A stretch of DNA of 64,000 nt from Microbotryum violaceum (lineage: Eukaryota). Made by a program: the position numbers and the translations under genes. The stretch spans positions 1,364,001 to 1,428,000 of the forward strand of contig CDLV01000008.1 of NCBI GenBank assembly GCA_001244265.2. The letters are read 5' to 3'. The notes under the pieces were generated by a model. It had not been told where the DNA came from. It made no database searches and worked only from the letters and a program-made list of their open reading frames with translations. Positions 11,532-28,000 of the stretch are shown piece by piece; the first letter of the stretch is position 1; each line of letters starts with the position of its first letter.

Positions 11532-12304
11532 GTCGCAGCAGGCACAGTCACCGACATCTTCATCAAGCTCCAAGCCCTGCTCGATGCGGGTCCGCCTCCC
11601 TCCGGTGTCGACGCGTTCGAGAAGTACCAAGCCAACACCATTGAGCTGTTTAACACTCTTTCGGGATACAACCTTACCTTTGACCAGGTCATCTCGATAC
11701 GCTTGATCCACTTTGGCAAGGACCTCTACAAGGAGTACTATACTCAAGCGCTCCGTCAAGACCTCGACAAGCTCCCTGATCCGATTGAAGCGCTTCAAAC
11801 GCTTCAGACTCAAGCTGAATTCACGCCGGCACACAAGCCCGTGGCGATGGTAGCTAGCTTGACCGCGACGGACAGATCTTCATCGACTCCGTCAGCTCCG
11901 TGCCGACACTGTGGAGGTCCTCACTGGAATCGGCACGGAGCTGACGGAGTCGATGAAGATCTGTCCGTCGCGGTCAAGCTAGCTACCATCGCCACGGGCT
12001 TGTGTGCCGGCGTGGATTCAGCTTGAGTCTGAAGCGTTTGAAGCGCTTCAATCGGATCAGGGAGCTTGTCGAGGTCTTGACGGAGCGCTTGAGTATAGTA
12101 CTCCTTGTAGAGGTCCTTGCCAAAGTGGATCAAGCGTATCGAGATGACCTGGTCAAAGGTAAGGTTGTATCCCGAAAGAGTGTTAAACAGCTCAATGGTG
12201 TTGGCTTGGTACTTCTCGAACGCGTCGACACCGGAGGGAGGCGGACCCGCATCGAGCAGGGCTTGGAGCTTGATGAAGATGTCGGTGACTGTGCCTGCTG
12301 CGAC
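11532..12304. repeat. Near-perfect 375-bp inverted repeat (foldback) with a 23-nt spacer
   Basis: 11532-11906 is the reverse complement of 11930-12304; one mismatch seen (EFT vs EST). Confidence 0.95.
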
Positions 12305-12633
12305 CGCTTTCTTGATCATCTTCAAGACGTCGGTGGGAGTGTGATCGAATCCATCTTTGATCTGCTTCTTGATGTTGAGGGAGACCGAGCGCCTCAAGAG
12401 CGCGATCGCTTGGAAGTTGGCGTGCTCCAGGTCGGTGCGCGCGTTGGGTTTCTGAATGGGCGTCGCAAGCGTGCAGTTCCAATAGTCGCCCCCGAGAGCT
12501 CCCCGGACGTCGTTGATCCATTGCGACCAGCCTCCCGCGTTGCGCAGGTGGCATGACGGGTCGATATCGCGGGGTTTGACATAGACGATAGAGGTTGTTC
12601 CCCTGATACCACAGTGTCCGTATCACCGGGCAT
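11930..12633 (-). pseudogene. copia-1 gag remnant (frameshifted, truncated at the zinc knuckle)
   Basis: Lies just downstream of the PBS; the inverted copy continues into CRHCGGPHW. Confidence 0.7.
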
Positions 12634-12683
12634 GATGACTTGATGACTCGAGTTGGCTGGGCCGCTACGTTGGGCTCGTAACC

Positions 12684-12927
12684 TGTAGAAATCGAACAGC
12701 GATGTGCTGAACGAGTTGGCGGCAGTGGCAAGCCAATGAGTTCGTAATCAAGTGGAGGTTGCAATAAAGGAGTTCTTCACACACCTGAACGAGTTGGCGG
12801 CAGTGGCAAGCCAATGAGTTCGTAATCAAGTGGAGAAGAAGAAGGAAAGACGCGATTGGACCGCGCGGCTAATACAAATAGAGACGCGCGCTAGGCAGAT
12901 TTAAGGCAAGAGTAATCTACCTCAACA
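12684..12927 (-). repeat. 5' LTR of copia-1
   Basis: TGTTGAGG...TCTACA on the minus strand, followed directly by the PBS. Confidence 0.95.
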
Positions 12928-15428
12928 TCAAGGCCAAGACCCGCGCCGCTGGAGACCGGACACTTTCGCCGAGTGGGAAGGTCTTCTATGCCAACGCTCA
13001 CATCATCTCGACGGTCCTCCACGTGCTGTCCTTCGACATACCGCCTCAATGGTTCATTAAGGCGGCGGAGACAGCACTTACGGATTTTGTTTGGGGAGGA
13101 GCAGGGCGAAATACCGTCGCTCGCGATTTCGTGTTCCAGGCTCGGGAGGACGGTGGCTTGGGCTTGATTTCAATCGGCGACATCGTTCATTCGGTGGCGC
13201 TTCGATTTTGGGATGCTCTGGCGGGCTCGAACGAGGCGATCTGGGCGCCCCTAGCTCGCGAGAGCTGGAGGTCCCTCGTCGCTGCGACCCGCGATTTCAG
13301 TCCGTGGGGGTTCTTCAGCAGCACGGCTCGGGTCGAGAAGCTGTATCGCGACTCGACGCGCTGGGGGGCAGTCGTTGCAGCTGCCAGGGTCACCTTACCA
13401 ACCATCAAGTCCGAACTCCTTACGCTCCCCGAATTGCTCTCGCTTCCGCCTCGCCTCCCTTCACTCTATGCTGAAGGTGCCAAGCACGCATATGACGATG
13501 CGGACGCAGTGGCGAAGTTTGCGCAGATCGCGGACCTGTACTGGAGGGACGAAGGGAAGGGCTGGGCTCTGGTTGGTCATCGACGCGGGTTCTGGCAGCA
13601 CTCTAAGGAACCCGCCCTACAGCACGAGCACGTGTGGTCGCGCGTGGGTCAGTTGCTCAAGGCGAAAGCCTTGCTGCCCAAGACCGCGTTGCGACCTGCT
13701 CGGATACCTCTCAAGGAGGCTCCCCGTCCTCGGTGCTTCAACTTCTTTGGGCTCACCCGACCGTTCACTATTCGCAAGCTTCGTCGGCTTGTGAACGTGG
13801 TTCGGTTCCCAGGGAGGGAGGATCGTGTCAAGCGTTTCCGTGATGGGTCTTCTCAGAGCGATAGGAAGCGCTTCTGGAGATGGCTTCATGACCGGTTCGC
13901 GTCTACTGTGGAGCAGGACACCCACTGGCGGCTCATGTACGACGTGACGCCGACGCGCAAGAGGCAGCATACTCAGGGTCATGCCTCTTCGCCGACGTGT
14001 CTGTTCTGCGGCAACGATGCAGCGGTCATCGAGACGGTGTCGCACTACTTTTTCGAGTGCGCGTACTCGACCAGCTTCTGGGGCGGGGTGCTTCGCATTC
14101 TGTTCGACAAGCTGGGCATCGAGGATACCGACGTCGATCCGTCGACGTTCACTCCGGAGCAGCTGACTATGGGGCTCCCCCTTTTGCGGGGTCGTGGGAG
14201 AACGACCTCGAAATGGATGTGGGTTCGGCTGGCTTGCGCGATCGGCTTCCAGCGGCTGCACCTGCTCCGCTGGCGCGTTCATCAGCGGTTCGAGCTGGAC
14301 AAGGTCGTGGCCCCTCCCTCGCTCCCCAGTGCACTCAGAGCGCTCGAGCGAGATTTTCTCTCTCGAGCGGGTTTTGTACCTGGGGCTCGAGATTGGGAGG
14401 TGTGATGACCGAGTTAAGTCCTTCCTTCCGATTTTCCTCCCCTCCTTTCCTCCCTTCTTTTTCGGAGGTCGACTCCTCTTTTGTGAGCTGACTGTCTTGG
14501 AACTTGTTGCGCAGTGGAAGGCTGCGCACCTCTCTCTCTCTCTCTCTCCACTTTGCGCAGTAGCGGTTTTTTGTTCTTGGATGGATCGGCAAGCCAGGTC
14601 GATTGTCTTTGCGTTGGAGGCTTTGTGAAGTTTTTCCCTCTCCTTTCCCCCCTTTTTTCCCTTCCCTTCCTCTTCTCGTTCCTGTTGCTCGGTTGTTGAC
14701 TACGCTTCAGCCACTTCTCCTTTTACTCCTAAGCCGTGTGTTGGATTCCGTTGAATGGTTCGTTCGCTCGCGTTGGTCAAGATCTACGGCATGGCTCGGG
14801 AAGGAAGGTCGCGCGTTTCTGGTCAATATCCTCGCGTCAAGGCGAGGCTCGTTTCGTTGTACTGGATCGCTTTTCTCTCGGCCCCGACGGCTCAACAGCC
14901 AGCACTCGAGATTCAGCCAAGGGAGGACATCAGGCGCTGTCGGGGTGACGAGTAGCTGGGCCGCTGGGGCTTGGCTGCGGCCTGTTAGTCCCTGGGAATG
15001 AGGATTTCAGGGAAATCCCGGACTGGTAGATACGGAGAACAAAAGAAAGTTTGGCTGAACTGAGATTCAAACTCAGGTCCACTCCATTAATCAGAGTTGC
15101 TCGGACCACTGAGCTACTCAACCAAGGGGAATAGAGCAAGGCAGCGGCGCACTCAAGTCGGCTCGGCTGGAAAGTCTCCCCCATAGTTTTGCTCCCGATC
15201 TTGGGTTGTGAAGCGGCAGCAGTACTCACCGCTCGTTGGAGTCCGCGTTAGGTGCTCGGCGGGTTTTGGTCTGCGCAGCACTCGTTGCGCGCAGGGGTTT
15301 GATTTTCACCCAGCTGCTTGTCGTCGTTGCTTTATTACCTCTTTTAGCGCTGTTTGTAGCGATTCTAGCCAACCCGAAGGATCGTAATTTATGAGCCCAG
15401 TTAAACAAAAAAAAAAAAAAAAAAAAAA

Positions 15429-15440
15429 GCTCTACAAAAG

Positions 15441-15475
<35 letters not shown>

Positions 15476-15623
15476 AATCGCAGCGTTCTCTGCGCGCAGG
15501 GGTTTGACTTTCACCCAACTGCTTGCCGTCGTTGCTTTATAACCTCCTTTAGCTCTTTTTGTAGCGGTCCCAGCCAACCCGAAGGATAGCAATTTATGAG
15601 CCCCAGTCAAAAACAAAAAAAAA
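15429..15623 (+). mobile_element. String of LINE 3'-end tags: GCTCTAC-A(n), then about 135 nt of a family B terminus plus A(n)
   Basis: TCTAC-A(n) equals the family C terminus; 15473-15608 matches the end of B at about 36775-36903. Confidence 0.85.
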
Positions 15624-16838
15624 GTCGCTCGGGCTCAAGGGACCACCGCAGCCGGACGATCTCAGGAGCTTCTGGAAGGCGGTCAACTCGAAGGCACTGA
15701 CGGCGAGGGAGAGGGAAGTTTGGTTCAAGCTGATTCTCCGCTTCACCCCGACGCGCAAGCTGCAACACCAACAGAATCACGACACTTCTCCCGCGTGCCT
15801 CGTCTGCGAAGCGCCGGTGGACGACACCGACCACTACTTTTTCGGCTGCTTTGACTCGCGGAACGTCTGGATCGCGGCAAGGGGCGTGCTCTGCGACGCA
15901 CTCGGGTCCCAGTACACGACACTGCAACGGCTCTTTGGCCTCCCCAAGCTCAAGGCCAAGCTCAGCGAACAGGAAGGGGAAGGCAGGACGATCGAGATCT
16001 TCACGGGAATGGTTTTGGAGATGATCAGCAGTGGAAGATACAGGATGCAGAAGCACGGGAAGAGGAGAAGAGTGGTACTGGAGGAGCGGATGAAGTTGAG
16101 GGCAGGAGGAGCAAGGGGCGGGCGAGGGCAGTAGAGGCTGGGTTCGATTTCCCCCACCATCCCACACCCACACACACCCCACACACACACACCGAATCAC
16201 ACTCCCTCTTTCAAGAAGAAAAAAAAGAGAAAAAAAGAAATAAAACTGTATACTAAACATCTTGCTTTCATCTTTCATCTATTACAGGTCTGCTTTCGTT
16301 GCTCATGGACCGGCTCGTGATTTGGGGTTGACTCGACGGTGGCTCGCGCTCTTTGGCTTCGGGGTTCGGAGTCAAGGGAGGGATCAGCAGACACAGGCAG
16401 AAAGTCGGCTTTGAGGGGCCAGGGACTGCTGAGGTGGAGGTTTTGAGGGGCCTCCACCGCGTCTTGTTGTGACCAAGCATGGACTTGGGACTTCGCGGGT
16501 CAGGGTAGCTGCGCAGTCGCTCTCTTGTCTTTGTCTCGACCGAGTTGGAAAGTGACGGCGGGGTGGGTCTCTTGTCGTTAGTCAATTATTTTGTTACTCT
16601 TTCTCTTTCTCTCTCTCTCTTCTTCTCTCTCTCATTCGTCTCCTAGGGGGGAGCAACCGCTTGGCTGGGGCACTTGAATCCCAAGTATCGGATTGGTGGA
16701 CACCGGCCCGTTTCTCGCATCTTGCGGGCGGTTTGTGTTATCATCGTAGTCTTCCATCTAGTTTTTCCGTAGGCCAAAACAGGGGGAACAGGAACTGGGG
16801 GCAATATGATGAACGTTTTCTACAAAAAAAAATAAAAA
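15624..16838 (+). mobile_element. LINE family C, 5'-truncated fragment 1
   Basis: Matches 42828-44032 ([16 protein letters not shown], 3' UTR, TTCTAC-A tail). Confidence 0.92.
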
Positions 16839-16896
16839 TTGCCAGCCAACCCGAAGGATTGCAATATATGAGCCCCAGTCAAAAAAAAAAAAAAAA
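16839..16896 (+). mobile_element. 42-nt family B 3'-end tag plus A16
   Basis: CCAGCCAACCCGAAGGATTGCAATATATGAGCCCCAGTC matches the B terminus. Confidence 0.85.
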
Positions 16897-18752
16897 TCTG
16901 GTTGGTCATCGACGCGGGTTCTGGCAGCACTCTAAGGAACCCGCCCTACAGCACGAGCACGTGTGGTCGCGCGTGGGTCAGTTGCTCAAGGCGAAAGCCT
17001 TGCTGCCCAAGACCGCGTTGCGACCTGCTCGGATACCTCTCAAGGAGGCTCCCCGTCCTCGGTGCTTCAACTTCTTTGGGCTCACCCGACCGTTCACTAT
17101 TCGCAAGCTTCGTCGGCTTGTGAACGTGGTTCGGTTCCCAGGGAGGGAGGATCGTGTCAAGCGTTTCCGTGATGGGTCTTCTCAGAGCGATAGGAAGCGC
17201 TTCTGGAGATGGCTTCATGACCGGTTCGCGTCTACTGTGGAGCAGGACACCCACTGGCGGCTCATGTACGACGTGACGCCGACGCGCAAGAGGCAGCATA
17301 CTCAGGGTCATGCCTCTTCGCCGACGTGTCTGTTCTGCGGCAACGATGCAGCGGTCATCGAGACGGTGTCGCACTACTTTTTCGAGTGCGCGTACTCGAC
17401 CAGCTTCTGGGGCGGGGTGCTTCGCATTCTGTTCGACAAGCTGGGCATCGAGGATACCGACGTCGATCCGTCGACGTTCACTCCGGAGCAGCTGACTATG
17501 GGGCTCCCCCTTTTGCGGGGTCGTGGGAGAACGACCTCGAAATGGATGTGGGTTCGGCTGGCTTGCGCGATCGGCTTCCAGCGGCTGCACCTGCTCCGCT
17601 GGCGCGTTCATCAGCGGTTCGAGCTGGACAAGGTCGTGGCCCCTCCCTCGCTCCCCAGTGCACTCAGAGCGTTCGAGCGAGATTTTCTCTCTCGAGCGGG
17701 TTTTGTGCCTGGGGCTCGAGATTGGGAGGTGTGATGACCGAGTTAAGTCCTTCCTTCCCATTTTCCTCCCCTCCTTTCCTCCCTTCTTTTTCGGAGGTCG
17801 ACTCCTCTTTTGTGAGCTGACTGTCTTGGAACTTGTTGCGCAGTGGAAGGCTGCGCACCTCTCCCTCTCTCTCTCTACTTTGCGCAGTAGCGGTTTTCGT
17901 TCTTGGATGGATCGGCAAGCCAGTACGATCGTCTTTGCGTTGGAGGCTTTGTGAAGTCTTTCCCCTCTCCTTTCCCCCCTTTTTCCCTTCCCTTCCTCTT
18001 CTCGTTCCTGTTGCTCGGTTGTTCATACGCTTCAGCCACTTCTCCTTTTACTCCTAAGCCGTGTGTTGGATTCCGTTGAATGGTTCGTTCGTTCGCGTTG
18101 GTCAAGATCTACGGCATGGCTCGGGAAGGAAGGTCGCTCGTTTCTGGTCAATATCCTCCCGTCAAGGCGAGGCTCGTTTCGTTGTACTGGATCGCTTTTC
18201 TCTCGGCCCCGACGGCTCAACAGCCAGCACTCGAGATTCAGCCAAGGGAGGACATCAGGCGCTGTCGGGGTGACGAGTAGCTGGGCCGCTGGGGCTTGGC
18301 TGCGGCCTGTTAGTCCCTGGGAATGAGGATTTCAGGGAAATCCCGGACTGGTAGATACGGAGAAAAAAAGAAAGTTTGGCTGAACTGAGATTCAAACTCA
18401 GGTCCACTCCATTAATCAGAGTTGCTCGGACCACTGAGCTACTCAACCAAGGGGAATAGAGCAAGGCAGCGGCGCACTCAAGTCGGCTCGGCTGGAAAGT
18501 CTCCCCCATAGTTTTGCTCCCGATCTTGGGTTGTGAAGCGGCAGCAGTACTCACCGCTCGTTGGAGTCCGCGTTAGGTGCTCGGCGGGTTTTGGTCTGCG
18601 CAGCACTCGTTGCGCGCAGGGGTTTGATTTTCACCCAGCTGCTTGTCGTCGTTGCTTTATTACCTCTTTTAGCGCTGTTTGTAGCGATTCTAGCCAACCC
18701 GAAGGATCGTAATTTATGAGCCCAGTTAAAAAAAAAAAAAAAAAAAAAAAAA
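16897..18752 (+). mobile_element. LINE family B, 5'-truncated copy 2
   Basis: Near-identical to 13568-15428. Confidence 0.93.
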
Positions 18753-18764
18753 GCTCTACAAAAG

Positions 18765-18799
<35 letters not shown>

Positions 18800-18948
18800 A
18801 ATCGCAGCGTTCTCTGCGCGCAGGGGTTTGACTTTCACCCAACTGCTTGCCGTCGTTGCTTTATAACCTCCTTTAGCTCTTTTTGTAGCGGTCCCAGCCA
18901 ACCCGAAGGATAGCAATTTATGAGCCCCAGTCAAAAACAAAAAAAAAA
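18753..18948 (+). mobile_element. Tag string matching 15429-15623
   Basis: Same GCTCTAC-A(n) and 135-nt B tag. Confidence 0.85.
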
Positions 18949-20167
18949 GTCGCTCGGGCTCAAGGGACCACCGCAGCCGGACGATCTCAGGAGCTTCTGG
19001 AAGGCGGTCAACTCGAAGGCACTGACGGCGAGGGAGAGGGAAGTTTGGTTCAAGCTGATTCTCCGCTTCACCCCGACGCGCAAGCTGCAACACCAACAGA
19101 ATCACGACACTTCTCCCGCGTGCCTCGTCTGCGAAGCGCCGGTGGACGACACCGACCACTACTTTTTCGGCTGCTTTGACTCGCGGAACGTCTGGATCGC
19201 GGCAAGGGGCGTGCTCTGCGACGCACTCGGGTCCCAGTACACGACACTGCAACGGCTCTTTGGCCTCCCCAAGCTCAAGGCCAAGCTCAGCGAACAGGAA
19301 GGGGAAGGCAGGACGATCGAGATCTTCACGGGAATGGTTTTGGAGATGATCAGCAGTGGAAGATACAGGATGCAGAAGCACGGGAAGAGGAGAAGAGTGG
19401 TACTGGAGGAGCGGATGAAGTTGAGGGCAGGAGGAGCAAGGGGCGGGCGAGGGCAGTAGAGGCTGGGTTCGATTTCCCCCCACCATCCCACACCCACACA
19501 CACCCCACACACACACACCGAATCACACTCCCTCTTTCAAGAAGAAAAAAAAGAAAAAAAAAGAAATAAAACTGTATACTAAACATCTTGCTTTCATCTT
19601 TCATCTATTACAGGTCTGCTTTCGTTGCTCATGGACCGGCTCGTGATTTGGGGTTGACTCGACGGTGGCTCGCGCTCTTTGGCTTCGGGGTTCGGAGTCA
19701 AGGGAGGAATCAGCAGACACAGGCAGAAAGTCGGCTTTGAGGGGCCAGGGACTGCTGAGGTGGAGGTTTTGAGGGGCCTCCACCGCGTCTTGTTGTGACC
19801 GAGCATAGACTTGGGACTTTGCGGGTCAGGGTAGCTGCGCAGTCGCTCTCCTGTCTTTGTCTCGACCGAGTTGGGAAGTGGGTGCGGGGTGGGCCTCTTG
19901 TCGTTAGTAAATCGTTTTATTACTCTTTTTCTTTCTCTTTCTCTCTCCTTCTCTCTCTCATTCGTCTCCTGGAAGGGAGCAACCGCTTGGCTGGGGCGCT
20001 TGAATCCCAAGTATCGGATTGGTGGACACCGGCCCGTTTCTCGCATCTTGCGGGCGGTTTGTGTTATCATCGTCGACTTCCATCTAGTTTTTCCGTAAGC
20101 CAAATATGAGGAACACGAACTGGGGGCAATATGATGAACAAGTTCTCCAAAAATAAAATAAAATAAA
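18949..20167 (+). mobile_element. LINE family C, 5'-truncated fragment 2 with an (AAAAT)n tail
   Basis: Same 5' breakpoint as 15624; variant 3' UTR. Confidence 0.9.
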
Positions 20168-20592
20168 TTACAATGCGGTTCATTCACCAGATCGTCGAAT
20201 CTGCTAAGAAGAAGACACAAGAATGACCGCGATTTGGCTGTCGAAAATTCAACTCTCAACGTTCAACAGGCTGGGAACTTGTGAGCAACGCTCCGACTAC
20301 GTGCCAGATCAGTCGCCGCTTGCCACCGGGGCGACGGGCGGGCTTGGCGCTTGGAGCTTTTTGGAATCTGTATCCGATCGGCTGCGAGGTCAAGGCGTTG
20401 TCCCGGTTCGAGGTAGGCACCATTCGACTTGGCTAGCAGGCCCAGACGCGCGCAGGTTGGTGCTGAGACCGCTACAAAATTGCGATGTAGCCTTCATGAA
20501 CTCCTGCAGGTGCTTGAGAGGCCGACGATCGACTATGTTGAAGGGGAATATCGGCCGCGCGGGGGAAGAGCGGGCTCGAATCGCGCTCAAAC

Positions 20593-25022
<4,430 letters not shown>

Positions 25023-28000
25023 AAGCCCCTCCCACTGCGCCTGCCCTCGAAGCCTCCGAGCCGAGCCCCGAGCCGTCTTCGCCCACGCCGTTGCCCTCAG
25101 CCGCGCCCAAAGCCCGACCCGATGACGCCGACACCGACGACGAGGCCGACGAAGAAGCCGAAGACCAAGAAGCACCTCCTAAGGACGTGGAAGACGCTAT
25201 GGACCAAGATGATGAGCACAACTAAAATCCAAAACGTGTCTTTTGTTGCTGCCAACGTGCAGTCAATCAATGAAGACCGTAAGCGTGCCTCTCTTTTCTC
25301 CAGTCTCCGCTCCCATAACGCCGACGTCTTTCTCCTGAGCGAAACTGGCCGACCTTCCCCCGAAAGGGTGGCCCAGTGGACTCAGGAGTGCCAAGACTTA
25401 AAGCTCTCCGCCCCTTTTCACTCCTTTCAACAACACTGCCATACTTTGGAAGAGCGACTCCGTGGTCATTGCTTTTGATCCCGAGTCGCCTCCAAACACT
25501 CTTCGTGCCTCTTTCTCTTTCCCGGACCGAGTCACCGACGCCACCTTTTGTGTGGGTGATTCAAAAGTCCGGGTTGTATTAATATACGCGCCTTCCTCCG
25601 ACAAGCCAGACAAAAACCGCTTCCTCTCACACCTCAGCACCGCCCTCCGACAAGTTGTACGTGACGAACCCTCGCCGCCTGCGCTCCTAGTCGGGGGGAC
25701 TGGAATTGTGTTGAGTCCCAGCCCCTCGATTCGGAGAACCAAAACGGAACGAATTATGGGGGTCAGGAGATGCGCGACCTTGCCACGGCCAACAATCTTT
25801 TCGACGCCTATCGGCTCCATCATCCCAAAGGACGAGCCACGACGAATCGCTCAGCGCCCGGCACGTGCCGTCGCCTTGACCGCATCTATGTCTCGCCTGA
25901 TTGGGTCGACCTCTTCCATGATCACAAAATTTGGGCTCCTGTCCTCAAATCGACGCACTCAATGGTTGTGGCACGGTTCCAAGTGCCGGGCGCAATCGAC
26001 ATCGGTCCGGGCAAATTCAAGCTGGGTTTGCACGTGATCGAGGGCGACGCGACCTGCGAGTACCTCACCTCCATTGCGCACCCTTTACAACAAAGCCTTC
26101 CTCCAGACGCCCAACGATCCACCAGCAGCTTGGACGTCCACCAAACACCGCCTGCTGCCCGAGCTGCAGGCTCTGGCCCGGACTTTCGCTCGGCGCGGCC
26201 CTGCGGTCCCGCCTCGACCCATCTCTGGCGGGTCCCTCTTCCATCTTCATCCGCCTGCGCAAAGTGCGAGCATCCGACCTGATCCCTTCGCTCACGGTCA
26301 ACGATGTTGTTCATTCCGACCCTGATTCGATGCTTGGAGCGGCCAGCGACTACTTCGAGCGGGTCTATGAGGACCGCCCCATCGATGACGCGGCCCTGAA
26401 GGCGATCATCGACGGCCTCGCTTCAACTCGCCTCTCCCCGCGGACTCACTCAAGCTCGAGGAAGCGTACCCGTTGGAGGAGATGACAAAGGCTCAAGCTG
26501 CGTTCCTCTGCGCCGTTGGCCTCGGCCCCAAAGCCCGCCAATGGTACCGAGCGACCTACACCGACCAATCTGCCTCGATCTTCCTCAACGGTTGGCTCTC
26601 TGCCACTTTCGACATCCTGTCGGGCGTTCGGCAAGGTGATCCTTTGGCTCCGTCTCTCTTCGTCCTGGCGATCGAAGGTTTTGCCTGTCAGATTCGATTG
26701 AGAGTCAAGGGCATCGATATTGCGGGCCTCCAAATCGTTGGCGAACTCCTTTTTGCCGACGACGCTTGCTGCGCACTCCACAACCTCTCGGACCTCGACC
26801 ACCTCAATCGGGCGATCGAGCTTTACGAACGGGCAAGTGCCAGCAAGCTCAGCAACGTCAAATCTTTCCTCTACCCCCTTGGAGCTTTTCGGGATCGGTC
26901 GATCGCCCCAGATCTCGGGACCTGGCGTCTCAGCGATTCGCACTTTCGCTACCTTGGTATTCAGGTCGGGGTGGAGATCGCCGAGGATGCGGGCTGGGAA
27001 GATGTCAAGGCCTCGACCATCGCTCGGATACGCTCAGTTCCGATGTACGATCTCCCATATGCAGCCAAGTGTTTGATCATCAACATCTACTGCTACACAA
27101 AGATCTTGTACTACAGTCGATTCCTTCCCGCCCCAAGAGCGTTGTCAAGGAGATCGAGGAGGCCGCCATGCTCGCCATTCACGGTCGAGCTTCGGATGGT
27201 ACTCAGAAACCCCCGAAGGTCTCTCGCCTGCGCCTCCGCACCCCTCTCGACCACGGTGGCTTCGGTTTGATCGACTTACCTCGGCGTTCTCGCGATCGAT
27301 CACGCAAAGTGGGTCTTTCATCTTCGGGACCCGGACGGCTGCTTCATTCGGCACCTCTTCGACATCCGCACTCGCCTTCAGGCGGCGGATGAACGCACCC
27401 CCTCTACCTTGCCCAAATCGGGCCCCAACCCACATCGTCGCTCGTGGGTCTGGATCTGGTGGGCCTACTTTTGCCACCCTCCTCCACAGTGGGAACGCGC
27501 GGTGAGGAAGACGAAGGCGCTGCTCCCTCCACGATGGATCCGCTACTTCGAAGCCTGGGATTTGGTGACAACGCTCAACCCCCCCGAACTTTCCAAGAGC
27601 CCGAATCTCGAGCGATGGGCAACACCCGTCCTCTACTTCCCAGCAGGCCACGGAATCCAACTCTCGGTGAACTCGACGCTTTTCCGAGGACCCGATGGCG
27701 AGGTGATGACTCCGTATTCGTTTGTGAACGCGTCCAAACGCCACCAAGCCTTCCTCTACCCTCCTATCCTCCCTGTCGGTCATCAGTGGGTTTTCTGTCT
27801 CCCCGAGCAGCGCTGGAATGCCTGGTGGAAGGCGCTACGCAAGGTTCGCAGGGTTCATTCGGACGCCGAAGACACGGCCTACCTCCTCTCCCTAGGGTCA
27901 CTTCATCCAGGTAGCCAACTCGCTTCTCCAAACAGCCCTTTTCTCCACAATCGATCTACCGCATGTGTCATGTGCCTGTCGGAGGCTCCGGAGACCCTGG

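Larger units (their letters stand above)
9512..12927 (-). mobile_element. Ty1/copia LTR retrotransposon, internally rearranged and defective
   Basis: Two apparently identical 244-bp TG...CA LTRs; 5-bp TSD TCAAG (9507-9511, 12928-12932); PBS GGTTACGAGCCC (12683-12672); polypurine tract next to 9756; copia RT-RNase H; no integrase or protease seen. Confidence 0.95.
6984..14405 (+). pseudogene. Family B ORF2 (EN-RT-CCHC), frameshifted near 7780 and split by the copia insertion 9512-12927
   Basis: TFNVR, LQEH, GDLN, RIDY, SDH, GLGQGDPLS, FADD, CLFC...HYFFEC; sequence resumes exactly after the insertion when compared with 34460-34490. Confidence 0.92.
6966..15428 (+). mobile_element. LINE family B copy 1, 5'-truncated about 18 nt upstream of ORF2 and interrupted by a copia element
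   Basis: Collinear with the full-length copy at 30159-36920; ends ATGAGCCCAGTT plus poly(A) 15403-15428. Confidence 0.93.

Noticed and set aside
14508-14528. GCGCAGTGGAAG resembling the tRNAiMet D arm or an A box in the B 3' UTR
   Set aside because: It is a local TGCGCAG/CTGCGCA hairpin; no B box or cloverleaf follows
15389-15398. TTATGAGCCC at the family B terminus resembles the tRNAiMet-half PBS of copia
   Set aside because: Only 10 nt, one variant reads ATATGAGCCC, and it is explained by pairing with the upstream GGGGTTTG; LINEs prime by TPRT
16131-16160. GGTTCGATTTCCCCCACCA resembling a tRNA T arm and CCA end after the C ORF2 stop
   Set aside because: No A box, anticodon arm or acceptor pairing; the upstream sequence is coding
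16806-16812. ATGATGA near the C terminus as a snoRNA C box or hammerhead core
   Set aside because: No D box partner before the tail and no CUGANGA/GAAA core with the required stems
16661-17734. 357-aa ORF as a novel fusion gene (also 18920-19459 and 30040-31440)
   Set aside because: Chance read-through across UTR, tag and poly(A) (poly-Lys) into LINE coding sequence
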